From the IMG/VR virus record IMGVR_UViG_3300034759_000219: a stretch of DNA of 64,000 nucleotides, one strand, 5' to 3'. Below, one piece after another: positions 8,873 through 20,324 of this stretch. The notes under the pieces were generated by a model. It had not been told where the DNA came from and ran no database searches. It saw only the letters and a list, made by a program, of their open reading frames with translations. The number at the start of each line of letters is the position of its first letter. Within the stretch, counting starts at the first letter, position 1. The translations under genes were made by a program, and so were the position numbers. This stretch comes from an uncultured virus (IMG/VR IMGVR_UViG_3300034759_000219) (lineage: Duplodnaviria > Heunggongvirae > Uroviricota > Caudoviricetes).

Positions 8873-9526
8873 TTAGAATACTTCGTGCAGTCGCTGGAGC
8901 ATGAGTACGAATTCTGCATATGAGCGCGCAGGTTCGTAGAACGCATCGTACATTCTGTACGCCTTTTCGAATACTTCGACTAATTCGCGATTGTTCTCGT
9001 ACATTTTCGCAAATCGCTCGTCTATTGGCTCGATCGGTATTTCGACGTATTCTTCGGATTCGATTTGCTGTATCTCGGCTTGAATACGTTCAATATCGTC
9101 TTTCGTTAGTAGCTTATCTCGCATGACTTCGAGTACCCAACCGTTCTCTGCGAGAAACTGCGAAATTTCTTCGCTGGTCGTTAACCAGTAATGTTCGAAC
9201 GGATTTATCCATTCGGGGTACGCATCTGGCGTACCGCAATATTTCGTAAAACTGATTCGTGCGATTTGCCCGTTTTGTAGCGTTACGCATACGTTTCTGA
9301 GTCCCGTTGAGCCGCGGTATTGTCCGGTTCTGCCCTCGAGAATGTAGGATCGGTTTGCGTCCTCGAGCTGACGTTTCAGCCAAAATACGCTATGTTTTCG
9401 GTCATATCGCGCCATGTTGATATCGTTTATTTTTTTGACGCGTGCGTATTCTGCGAGATATTCGTCTAGCGTAATCGAATACGTAGCGAGATATTCCGTA
9501 AATTTGAATTGCGAGGGGCGGATCAT
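8873..9526 (-). CDS. Hypothetical early protein
   Basis: 217 aa, GGAGG RBS, ATGA-coupled to the preceding gene. Confidence 0.75.
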   Translation of the reverse strand: MIRPSQFKFTEYLATYSITLDEYLAEYARVKKINDINMARYDRKHSVFWLKRQLEDANRSYILEGRTGQYRGSTGLRNVCVTLQNGQIARISFTKYCGTPDAYPEWINPFEHYWLTTSEEISQFLAENGWVLEVMRDKLLTKDDIERIQAEIQQIESEEYVEIPIEPIDERFAKMYENNRELVEVFEKAYRMYDAFYEPARSYAEFVLMLQRLHEVF

Positions 9527-9879
9527 ACTCCCCCTCCTTTCGCTACGTTCACAGGCACGATTTCTACGAAGCTAATTCCGTTGTCGTGGAACGTATACTT
9601 CACGTGTCCGATTCTGAACGCATACTTTGCTTCGGTATCTGGTACGTCTTCGTCTATAATTACGTTATCGCAAATTACGTAATACGTCTTACCGCTTCTC
9701 TTAATCTCGATACACTTTTCGCCTTCGTTGACTGCGAGTATATTCAGTGGCGACAAGTCGAGTCGTGGTAAGACTCGTACAAACGCATCACCGATTTGTA
9801 CTGTTACGTTTTCGGGCAAGAACTGCGCGAGTTCGGCTACGATCTGTTCGAATTCGTTCAATTCACGTACGGGCTTCAT
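9523..9879 (-). CDS. Hypothetical early protein
   Basis: 118 aa. Its N-terminus (PVRELNEFEQIVAEL) resembles that of 10040..10426. Confidence 0.7.
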   Translation of the reverse strand: MKPVRELNEFEQIVAELAQFLPENVTVQIGDAFVRVLPRLDLSPLNILAVNEGEKCIEIKRSGKTYYVICDNVIIDEDVPDTEAKYAFRIGHVKYTFHDNGISFVEIVPVNVAKGGGV

Positions 9880-10043
9880 CGTTTACCACCTCGCTGTTTT
9901 TCGATTTCACGTTTTACGTCTTTTGCGAATTTCTTCGATTCTTCGGATACTTTCTTTGCGAGCTCATCGGCTTTTTTTACGGCTTTTTCGGTTACGTTCA
10001 TCGTCTTAACGATTGCTTTTGCGATGAATTCTGCGAATTTCAT
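9876..10043 (-). CDS. Small coiled-coil protein
   Basis: MKFAEFIAKAIVKTMN..., ATGA-coupled at both ends. Confidence 0.6.
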   Translation of the reverse strand: MKFAEFIAKAIVKTMNVTEKAVKKADELAKKVSEESKKFAKDVKREIEKQRGGKR

Positions 10044-10426
10044 GCGCTCACGCCCTTTCTTCTAGGCGCAGAAATCGCAATTGGTTTCGTACTGCCGTTA
10101 TAATACGCAGTTACGACATATTCGCCATACTCGAAATCTTTTGCGCGCTCTGGCTCGAGTTCAACTTGCGTATATTCGATATACGTATCGTCTACTGCGA
10201 CTCCGATCCACTTATACGGATATTCGGCTGGCTCTTTTACGAATTGTACGACTCGCTTACCGGATTTCGCCAAATACGCCCAAAACGAATTTTTCTCCGG
10301 ATTCTGCAAAATCGCAACTCGGCCATCGTCTAGGCGCATTTTGGATTTCGGTATACCGAGTTTCGCAAGCATTTCGCATACGCTTTTTTCGTAATCGTTT
10401 AAACGTCTCATTGGATGGACTTTCAT
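10040..10426 (-). CDS. Hypothetical early protein
   Basis: 128 aa, MKVHPMRRLNDYEKSVCEML. Confidence 0.7.
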   Translation of the reverse strand: MKVHPMRRLNDYEKSVCEMLAKLGIPKSKMRLDDGRVAILQNPEKNSFWAYLAKSGKRVVQFVKEPAEYPYKWIGVAVDDTYIEYTQVELEPERAKDFEYGEYVVTAYYNGSTKPIAISAPRRKGVSA

Positions 10427-10809
10427 ATTAATCCACCCACCTTACGATACCGCAATTCGAAAAACGTAATAAACTTTTTCCATAATTTCATCCAATCACC
10501 TCCATCAAATTTTCGCGATTTTCGCGAGTCGTTCTTCGATATCTGCGAATTATAAAAAAAATAAAACGGCACCCGAGTAAGGGTGCCAATGTTTCGTACA
10601 ACTGCTTCATAGTCATGACGGTCACGCCGTTCACCCCCTTTCTTCTATCCAACCGTAGGCGGCGCGGACCTACGGCGGGGAATTTTCACAAACCTTAACA
10701 CGTCTTTTCGTGTCTTCATCTTTTCGAAGCAAGACGTGTCGTAGTGCATAACGGGCGGGCGTAACCAGTAACGGACGGCGATGGGTTTGGTTCTTACCTT
10801 TCTGCATGG

Positions 10810-11115
10810 CGTATAAAAAAGGGGGTAACGTTACACCCCCAGGCCATTGTGCGCTAGCCCTCGGTCTAGCGGGGTGCCCGACCAAGGCACCCTCCCTCAC
10901 GTGGGACGGCTGAGGTTGGCCGCTCCCTTGGGCTACGCCTCCTTTACGGAGACGACTATTGCCCAAGGGAGAAGGGCCTTCACCCTTTCCTTTGCCTCCT
11001 CGACAGAGGAAGCAAGGAGGGTGATTTCCCCCTCCCTGTCGTCCCAGGAGCCCCATGGAGCCTGAGCCCCTGGGACGACGATGACAACCTCAAATTTATG
11101 AGGCGTCATCGTCTG
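10810..11115. other. GC-rich cluster of stem-loops between the divergent arms
   Basis: Examples: GTCGTCCCAGG (11038) / CCTGGGACGAC (11069); GACGATGAC (11077) / GTCATCGTC (11105); TTGCCTCCTC/GAGGAAGCAA (10992-11015). Confidence 0.6.
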
Positions 11116-11401
11116 ACCCTCCTTTCTAGTTGCCCCATCGGTGGGCCCAGCTTCCTGCCGAGGGTTTGCAGGAGCCAGGACTCAATGCATGCAGAGCCTT
11201 TTGCACACATTGAGCTGCCGTCGCGGTAACGGCACCACCCATTGGCGGCTTCACCCCTCCAAGAACAGAGGGCTCGAAGGCGCCGCCGGGGCTTCACAGA
11301 CCTTAGTGACGGTTTTGTGTCTTGCACAAGAAAGGAGGGGTGTAGGGCAAAAATCTCAGGCTTTAGGTACTCTGCGGATAACTTGGGGTACTACCTCTCT
11401 C

Positions 11402-11617
11402 CACACAACCTATACATGTACTTGTACAAGGCCAGGAACATGTGATGACCTTTTTTGCTTTTTCTTTTCACACAACCTATACATGTACTTGTACTTGTAC
11501 CAGTACCTATACCTATGCTTGTACCGGTACCTATACCTATACTTGTACTCGTACCTATACATGTACCTACACATGCACCTGTGCTTGTACCAGTACCTAC
11601 ACATGTACTTGTACGCA
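11402..11617. repeat. 26-bp direct repeat plus 23 degenerate hexamers (consensus TACNNN)
   Basis: CACACAACCTATACATGTACTTGTAC at 11402 and 11469. Hexamer phase TACATG TACTTG TACCAG TACCTA... runs from 11480 to 11617. Confidence 0.85.
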
Positions 11618-11656
11618 GTGACAGGCGAACTGGTGTTGTACTTAATTAACGGGCAG

Positions 11657-11663
11657 GTTAGTC
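11657..11663 (+). promoter_or_regulatory. GTTAGTC candidate late-promoter motif at the start of the late arm
   Basis: The same heptamer lies just upstream of several recoded genes and of the suppressor tRNA (see findings). Confidence 0.55.
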
Positions 11664-11682
11664 AAGAATATGGTGGTTGGCG

Positions 11683-14600
11683 TTGAAATAGGGTGATTTT
11701 AGTAAGGAGCTTATAGAGGAATTCACACAGTTATTGCCATAGGGGTTAAGGCAGGCGGAGTTAGGGCCTGAGCTTTTAGGCGGGCTGAATGCGTACAAAT
11801 AGGTTAAGGAATAGGGGATAGAGGCTGGCGAGCTATTCAAGTCGTATTATGAGATATAGGACGTGGTTTAGCGGTACAAAGAAGCACTAGCTACAGGGTA
11901 GGAGCAGTATGTTACGCCAGGTACATGGAAGCAACTTGGCAAGCGGATAATAGACTAGTACAAGACGGTAGTTCAAGCTGGGCTGATGGACAAGGTAAAG
12001 GACGAGCAGGCGAAGTAGTTTATATCTGGTATGGGCTGGATGGGGGACATACTCTAGTCTGGCAAGTCGTTTAGTGAAGGGCGCGTGCCGCTGTTAGACT
12101 ACACAAACCTACTCATGCTAAAGAAAGGCATGGGTTCTACGGTTGCGACTTACACAAAAGGTATTATGCCCTTGTAGATGTTTTACTACAAAAATGACAA
12201 GACGTTTATTGACTTTATGGGTCACATGTTTTCGCTAGAATAGAACACGATGATCGCTGGGTAGAAGAAAGGTTAGCCACCTGTTTTGGCGTAGATGATG
12301 TAGTAGTTAAGTTAGGAACCTGAGGATTAGTAGCAGATGGCTGAAATTTTTTCTACCATGTTTGGTACGCTCAAGCAGAATACAATTAAAGTCATTTAGG
12401 AGACCTTAGGCTTAGATGAAGCTAGTGTATAGCAACAACTCAGCAATTTAGAGGACATCTTTTTGATACAAGACGAGTTTGAACTAAAAAAGCGGTTACA
12501 GGAACAAACGCTAATTTTGGAGACAGTTGAAAAGCTCACAGGTGCGTCTAGAGAGCTTACGTCTGCTTATTTGCGAAGACCATTTGAAGAATATATGGAC
12601 ACTGGAAAACAAGAATAGAAAAAGCGATTCTTATAGCTTCTACCAGGCTGGTTGATACAATTTAGGCAAGCTGCACAGGGCGCACTAGGCGAGGCTGGCT
12701 TGAAAGAGACTTAGGACCTATACTACAACAAACTTGTACTGAAACTTGGTATGACGCCGTACTTTACTTCAATGTTTTTGTACAGTTCTGCTTCGGATTT
12801 TGCTTCAGATTGGATGAAAAAAGGTAGGGGATTTCCAGTACCAGACTTTGGAGTTGAAACAGACAGCCATTAGCGCTATTACATTGATCTTGTTTCTGAG
12901 CCAAGTCGTGAGGCTAGCTATACTTTCGAAACGGAAGATTACTATAGATCTTTGGAAGAGTTGTCGCAGACTATAGGTCACAAATACGACGTATTTGTAC
13001 GACAGAACTTAGAACTATCTGCGGCGATACAAAAGATTGTAGACAAAGTAGCTGGTACTACAGACAAGGACCTATTAGAGTACTTATCTTACGAACAGTC
13101 TGCAACAGACATGGCTTAGGACATATAGAACCAAGTTACTAGTGGCAAGACTGGCCAGCTTAGGAATTTTGTCCGATAGACATTTAGGGAGGTAAACGTC
13201 CCGCTTGCTGCCAGGCTAAATCAGTTTGGTCTACCTGCTTTGTAGAGTGAACTTGTCATATCGCCGTATATTAAAGGCAAGCTATTAGCTAGGCCCGTGT
13301 TAGAATAGTCACTCATGCGTGGGTCTAAGATACTTGCTTCTACTCAAGACTTTGTTATTAGGTAGGGTAGAAGCAGTCAATAGCTACTCAAATTATCTGC
13401 AAGCGAGCTGATTGCAAAGGGTTAGAACACAGACTTGAGCGCGTTTGAATACAAAAAGGTACTTGCGAACCTACTTGAAAACTACTAGCCATACTAGCGT
13501 TAGGGATACAGGGGTTTAAAGCTTGGAGATTAGTCTAAGATTATAGGCCCCATGAAAAAAGTATATGCATAGTAGGCGGAATTTGCAAAGACACATCCAA
13601 CTCAGGCGGCAGATGTATTAAAGTACGGGCCGTTTAATATAGAACAAGTTCAAAACATAATTCGCTAGTTTGAGTTAGCTTCAATAAGTTATCCAAATAA
13701 GACATAGTACATAGTAGCAAATGTCATAATGAATCCAGAGTATACTAAAGTGCGGTGGACTGAAGAGGAAGAAGCGTATAAAAGGATTGTGTTATAGGTA
13801 CGATAGTAGCTTACAGGCCAGACAGAATATGCGCCGTTTATAAAGCCAGGCACGAACATTGACGAATTCATAAAGCAGATGTTTACTGTAGCTGGGTCAC
13901 TTGAAAACAAAGAAGACATAGCCAAAATGTTTAACCTGCTCGGAATTGAAGTCAAACCAGAATCAATTAGGGATACGACTGGCAAGCATATACGCGATGT
14001 TTTAACGTAGGTGACTGAACTAATAGACTATGATCTATTGAAACAATATACAGGTATAAGCGACATAAAGGTACACTTTGGTGGTATGTTATCTGCCAGG
14101 ATAGCTGGTGCATAGTCTTTGGATAGGATTGCGATATAGTCGCCAAACAGGATAGGCAGTATGATCGCATTTAAGCGTGCAGGGCAAGAATTCTCGCCTT
14201 TGAAATATTTTCTACAAGCAGGTGGTGAGCTTGATGAATACAAAAGGACTATTGGATCTAACCTTGTAGAAGCTGCAGACATCACCATATTGCCCAAAGC
14301 TGGAGCTGAAAGCTTAGCTGAGTTCTTGAAGAACTTTCAAACTGCATAGTTTATAGATTTGAGTAGACTGGACAAAGACATCGATATAGGTTTTGGAACA
14401 TAGTAGCAAGAACTGCAACGAATACCAACCATATTCCCTGCGCTTATGATGTCTGAAGAAGACCTAAAAAAGCTACTTTCAAAAGTAAACGAAATTACAG
14501 GTAATGTACCATACAGCTTTGCTGGTGATTAGATACTTTCTACAAAATCCGCACGAAGTGTCTTGGGTTATGTATAGATGACACAAAAGGGGCAAAGGGT

Positions 14601-16551
14601 ACTCAGACTTCCAAAATAGTACAAACTCACAGGTTTTGGGCGCGAAAAAGGTATGGTTAGAGAACTGCCATTTGAGCTATATGCCGTCTTAACTACATAG
14701 GAAGGCAAGGAAATTCAAGTGCCGATATTGTACATGTTAGGTTCTCAGCGGTCTAGATTAAATAAATTCACAGTTCAAGCGCTTGGGTCTATAGGTTAGC
14801 AGAAATTCTTAGGCTACAACGTACCAGAATGGACTGGTACTCCACAGCAGGACATATAGGAGTTTCTCAAGCAGGCACTGTTAGCAGGTCCGAATTTGAG
14901 ACCAAAGAAGCTCATAGTAAAAGCCGGCAAGGAATTTGAAATCACAGATGTAAACTAGTTGTTTATAGCACACAGGGCGGTTATAAACCTGTCTCAAGAT
15001 TTCAGTTCATCCTTGTCTCCAACACGCCAGATATAGTTGCAGTCACAACTTACAGGTCTGTTGTCTGGATATACTGGGCTGTTTACCACACCGTATCCAA
15101 TAGGCACAACCGGCCGTGTTGCGGATTTGTTGCAACAGACTAGAACACTCGCGGAGCTAATTAGATCGAAGAAGTCATTTAAGTTTGGCTATTACGCTAT
15201 ACCGACTTTAGGCTTGGAAAAAGCTGGAGATTAGTCGCTCTAGGATATAGACGAAGCTAGATAGTTTGAATAGTACAAGCGCGCTGTAAACGAAGTTTTG
15301 ATAAAAGAAGGCAAAGCACTGCCAGAGCAAAAGCAAGACATCCTGAAATAGACCATAGCTGTGTCTGAAATACTGCGACGTGCGTCTTAGACTGAGTACG
15401 TTAAGAAGCAAGGTAGGTTTATTACACTTGAAGAGTTGAAATCCGTGGAGTATTAGGAATAGTTGTTTAAACAAATACAGCGTACAGGTGGCATAAAGAT
15501 ATACATAGGCCAAACTAAAGCTGGCGAATGGCTAACAATGGAACTGTCTGATATCTTCTTCCGATCCGACATAGGCGAAGGGCAAAGACTTGTCCTGTCT
15601 GATGTTGGTAATAAGCTAAGAAAATATTTCATAGGCGTCGGATAGTATCTTACAGGCAAAGGCTACCAAAGATTGTACGCACAACTTTTCAACTTACAAG
15701 CCTAGATGTCCAGCCAATTAGCAAGGCAATATTTCAAAAAGAGCGGGCTTTATGTGGTTGGTAGGTTCTCTACACTGGCCGATTACACAGACGAGGCACT
15801 TAAAGCTATGGAAGGTCAATAGGCAAAAGACGTAGCAAGTCTTATGTATGCAAAAGGTTAGTAGATGCCATAGGCTAGGATGAGACAACTCATGTCACTT
15901 ATTAAGAGTACATTGGCTGAATATAAGACAAAGAATATTTCCAAAGAAAAGCTAACTATGTAGCTTACATACGCATAGCAAGTGCGATATATCAGGGCAG
16001 AAGGTAGTAAACTAATAGTCGAGGTGCCTGAATTGGCAAAAGAAGCAGTTGCAGAGGAAGAAATCATTAAATCTGTGAAAGAACTACTTGAAGGCGAAGT
16101 CGAGGTACAATATGTACCTTGGGAACGCTCACTTGAAACTGCCTTACAAGCACTAACTGAGATACAACCAAGGAAAGGCTTTGGTGTCGCAAGGGCAGGT
16201 AAAGCAAGCGCATTTTAGTTTATGACCAGAGAGCCTCAGCTTACATATAGACCGCTAGTTAGAATCTAGTACATAGACGAGTCTGAGTACATAGGTGTAC
16301 CTTAGAAAATAGCTTAGCTTATGGGTGGAGACGATGACTAGGACATAGTCTCGCAATTACCAAGCGTGTTCATAGACAATGACGTGTTAAGGTAGAAATA
16401 GTAGACCAATCCTAGATTAGCATAGATTCTCACACAAGGCTAGATAGACATCCCAACGTCTCAAGCTATATTTTAGAGCATGTACGCACGTGGTAAAATA
16501 GGCGACGAGTTCATGTAGCAACTCAAATCGCTATTCAGACGAGGGGGATGA
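11683..16551 (+). CDS. Large TAG-recoded RNA-polymerase-like protein (1622 aa), candidate virion RNAP
   Basis: All plus-strand track fragments (14161, 15037, 15463, 15982) share one frame and are separated by TAG. Contains GFGREKGMV and TREPQL...MGGDDD*DIV (16321-16350), paralleling 5086..7491. Ends in TGA. Confidence 0.65.
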
Positions 16552-16907
16552 TACCAATACACCTTGGCCGACATGTAATATGCGACTTATATGGCTGTAA
16601 CCAGCTTGTCTTAGATGACTAGCAAGTTATAGAAGATATATTGGTTGAAGCGTAGAAAATAGCCAAAGCTAATATTCTAAACGTATACACACGCAAATTT
16701 TCGCCTCAAGGTGTAACTGTTGTACTCTAGATCTCCGAGTCGCATATAACAATTCACACCTGGCCTGAGTATGAGTACTAGTAGGTTGATATCTTCACAT
16801 GCGGTTCGAGTGATATTGAAAGTTAGCTGTTGTATATTATTGAAAAACTATCTTAGAAAAGGTATACAGTTAGTCTGTTGAATAGAGGTGCTATTGGTGA
16901 GTAGTGA
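16548..16907 (+). CDS. speD: S-adenosylmethionine decarboxylase proenzyme, TAG-recoded
   Basis: LGRHVICDLYGC...VEA*KIAKA...[34 protein letters not shown]...EKLS*KRY...NRG. Confidence 0.93.
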
Positions 16908-17487
16908 AATTGTTCCAAAACTTGGGTTTATTGAATATCTTCCTGAGACTGTAGATGTGTCCGATTCACACCAACTTGCCAAAATAGACAAAGTACTTGC
17001 CAAGTTCAACAAAGGCTCGTTGTACACTGTGGTACTCACATGCCGTGGGTTGAAAAAATGCCCATATTAGGCTGATTGCCCTGTACAAGAACATGTGGAC
17101 AAGATAATTGGCAATAAGTGCCCGCTTGAGAGGTAGCAATAGGAAAAATGGTTTGATGAATACTGCAATGCGTTCAATGTTGGTACAGACCGTGTCAAGA
17201 TGCAAGATATACAGCAACTGGTTTAGCTCGATTTACAAATAATGCGCGCAAATTAGATAATCTCAAACGAAGGCTTTGAACAGGTGTAGATCATAAAAGA
17301 CGAAGAAGGCGAGATGTTCGAAAAGCGACTTCACAATGTCGCATTATTACTTGACAAACTCGAGACAAGGCGTATAAAGCTTTTACGGACCTTAGACAGA
17401 CCTGTAAAGTAGACAACTTAGTCAGATCCAAGTAGCTATATTGCAATATTGAAGAAAAAGTACACCACAGACAATTACGAGGGGTGA
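16897..17487 (+). CDS. Cys-rich protein, possible terminase small subunit, TAG-recoded
   Basis: C..CPY*ADCP..CPLE; open to TGA; lies upstream of the large terminase. Confidence 0.5.
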
Positions 17488-17494
17488 ATAATAC

Positions 17495-17833
17495 ATGGCT
17501 GCAGTTGCAAAGTAGGGAGCAGCTTCTTAGTAGAAATAGCGCAATTTCTGGGTATCGCTTTTGAAAGGTACGCTTAGGTTTCTTGGCGTAGGAGATGAGT
17601 ATATACAGAAGGGCGTCAAGGGCGTATAGGGCTGGTTTGCAGGTGCAACCATCAAAAAAGGTGACAAGTTCGTATACACAGGCGCATAGGGTAAGTTATT
17701 TACAAGATACGGTGGCATAGGCTTGAGAATTGGCTAGATATATGCAGGTATCAAGTTGCCATTTTGGCTTGTAGGTCTGCCTTTTAAAGCTGGAGACGGG
17801 CTAGTCGACTACTCTAGGAGGCGTGTTGTGTGA
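17495..17833 (+). CDS. Hypothetical protein, TAG-recoded
   Basis: ATG to TGA with internal TAGs; hydrophobic C-terminal half. Confidence 0.6.
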
Positions 17834-18654
17834 ACAATGAAGAAACAAGCCAGCCAAATTTGGCATTAACTGCAGTTTCGTTGCCATTGAGATTTTTTGG
17901 ATATTTTCTAAAAGAAAAGGCATATATAAGCATATAGACAGCGCCATAGTTTGGGCTGTTTGACCAATTTAACCCACTTGGTTCACGGGGCTTAAGGCTT
18001 GCATAGTGGTCTCAAAGGCGTGCACTTGAAGCAGGAAAGCCAAGGAGCATAATTACAAGTGCAATACATGGTATAAACAGGCTTACATTTGACCCAAAAT
18101 TTTCTAAAGCTGTTTAGAACCAGATGAAGTTAAGAAAACTTGTTAAAGGCTACATCAAAGGTGGTAAAGACGTAACTAACCTGTTTGATATTGGTGTACT
18201 ACGGTTTTCAGATTAGCTTAAAAGCTATTTTAAGGTATCAGATGAGGTGCTTAAAAAAGCTACAGGCACAAATGTCATACTAAAACAATTTTTTGTAGCA
18301 CCAGCTCGCGGATTTAGAGTTTAGACATAGCCAATGTACCATATTGGAAAACTGTTTTAGTAGTATGAACTATAGAGTTTCTATGGGTTTTTAGGCCAAC
18401 TTGCGATTGGCCTTGGTACGTAGGTATATCATGGATTTAAGAACCTTGGTGTGAGGTACAAGTATCTACAGTACCAAAGACACGTGTAGTCTAACGCGAT
18501 GCGGCTTTCAACTGTAGGCAGGCAGAATGTGACGGCAGAAGAGCAGATGTACCTACAATAGTAGTTTGTCTAGCTTGGCAATGTGACAAATGAATAGTAG
18601 ATGTTGCGTGAAAACCCGTATTAGAACTATTACTATATGGGAGTGAATTCATGA
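17830..18654 (+). CDS. Hypothetical protein, TAG-recoded
   Basis: GTGA and ATGA coupling at its two ends. Confidence 0.6.
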
Positions 18655-20324
18655 AAAGCAAAGACTAGCAAAAGGCAAAAGTGATTGCCAAGATAGACTA
18701 CGAACCGTGTGAAATATGCTAGAAATGCATCTTAACCCACGTCTTCGATAAAGGCTTGAAGTTTGATATACAATGTAAGCCGATAAGTGCACAGGAGTAT
18801 GACAAGCTTATCAACGAATCGAATGAGCTTGTTAAGATAGCTAGATTTGCACCGTAGTTTGTAGAGTATGTATTGAATTTACAGCCTAGGGGCTTTCAAC
18901 ACGAATAGCTTGTATGCAATTCCAAGCGTAAAGTACTGAGACTACCAAGAAAAGCAGGTAAGACATGGCTTATGGCTATGCATATACTATACGAAGCGTT
19001 TACAAACGAACACTACAGAATACTCGTAGCTGGTCCGAGGCAAAACCATATAGCTGAAATCTTTGACAGGTTAAATGATTTTGTATCCAGCTCGGAAATT
19101 TTGCAAGAATCTGTTGTAAGACAATCTAACACATTTGGCAAATTTTACAAATCCAATCCATTTGAGCTGAGGTTCAAAAATGGCTCAATTGTAAAAGGCT
19201 TCACAGCTGGATAGGACGCAGATGCTGTGTCTATACGTGGTCAATCTGCAGATTTTATAGTTTTAGACGAGCTAGATTACATGCTTCCAAGCCAAGTAGA
19301 CAGTATAATTGCCATATTGAACACGAACAAAAACTCGAAGCTTATATAGTAGTCTACACCATCTGGACGCAGAGATCACTTTTACAAATGGTGTAACTAG
19401 CCACACTTTAAAGAATTTCACCTGAAATACCAAGAGCTTGAGATATACGATGAGCGACAAGATAAGGAATACCAAAACTCAATGTCCTAGGACAGGTATT
19501 AGCGTGAAGTCTTAGCAGAGTTCATAAGCCAAGAGTCTGGTGTGTATAGGAACGAACTTATAGACCAATAGCTAGACGAATACAACTTTGACGGCTTAAA
19601 CGCAATTCAAGGCTGTAGGTACTAGATTGGTGTAGATTGGAATGAAAGTAATGCAGGTGTGTATGTCGTTGTAGCTAGACTTGAGTATACGCCAGACGCA
19701 GATTACAAAGTGCGTATAAGCAATATCATTCATATACCACCACATGAATTTACACAGGTAAAAGCTGTAGAGTAGATAGCAAAGTAGTGTAACTAGTACA
19801 AGCCTGATTATTTAATACCAGACGAAGGGTTTGGAAATATGCAAATACAAGTCTTAAAACAGATGTAGGATGCAGGTTAGATACCTATTATGCAAGACAG
19901 AATTGTACCTGTAAATTTTGGTTAGAACATACTTGTCTTTGATTAGATAACCAAACACAGGCAAGAGACAAAGTAGAAGCCGTTCTTGGTTTCTAATTCG
20001 GTTAGAATGCTAGAAAATGGCAAGTTGATACTACCTGCGTCTGAAGATACACCAGATAAGTTAGTTGGCATAATGCGGTCCTACCAGTTTATAGGTGTTA
20101 CAGAGAATGGCATACCAAAATACACAAAAGGCAACACACACGTACTTGAATAGATGCTTTTATAGCTTTACGGCATATATCTTACGCTCAATTCACAACC
20201 TTTAGCTACTATTCCAACCTTTTCTGCTCCAACTGGCGTATACATTTCAAGACCTGTAGGATACGAACCAACCAAGAATCGGTACTTTGAAAGGCGAGGT
20301 GTACGGTCTTGGAAGAGATTTTGA
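18651..20324 (+). CDS. terL: Terminase large subunit, TAG-recoded
   Basis: PRKAGKT (Walker A), IRGQSADFIVLDELD (Walker B), LI**STPSG, REVLAEF, IGVDW, HVLE*MLL*L. Confidence 0.9.

Noticed and set aside
10670..11686. ORFs across the GC-rich and hexamer region
   Set aside because: Low-complexity or implausible composition, and no clear RBS.
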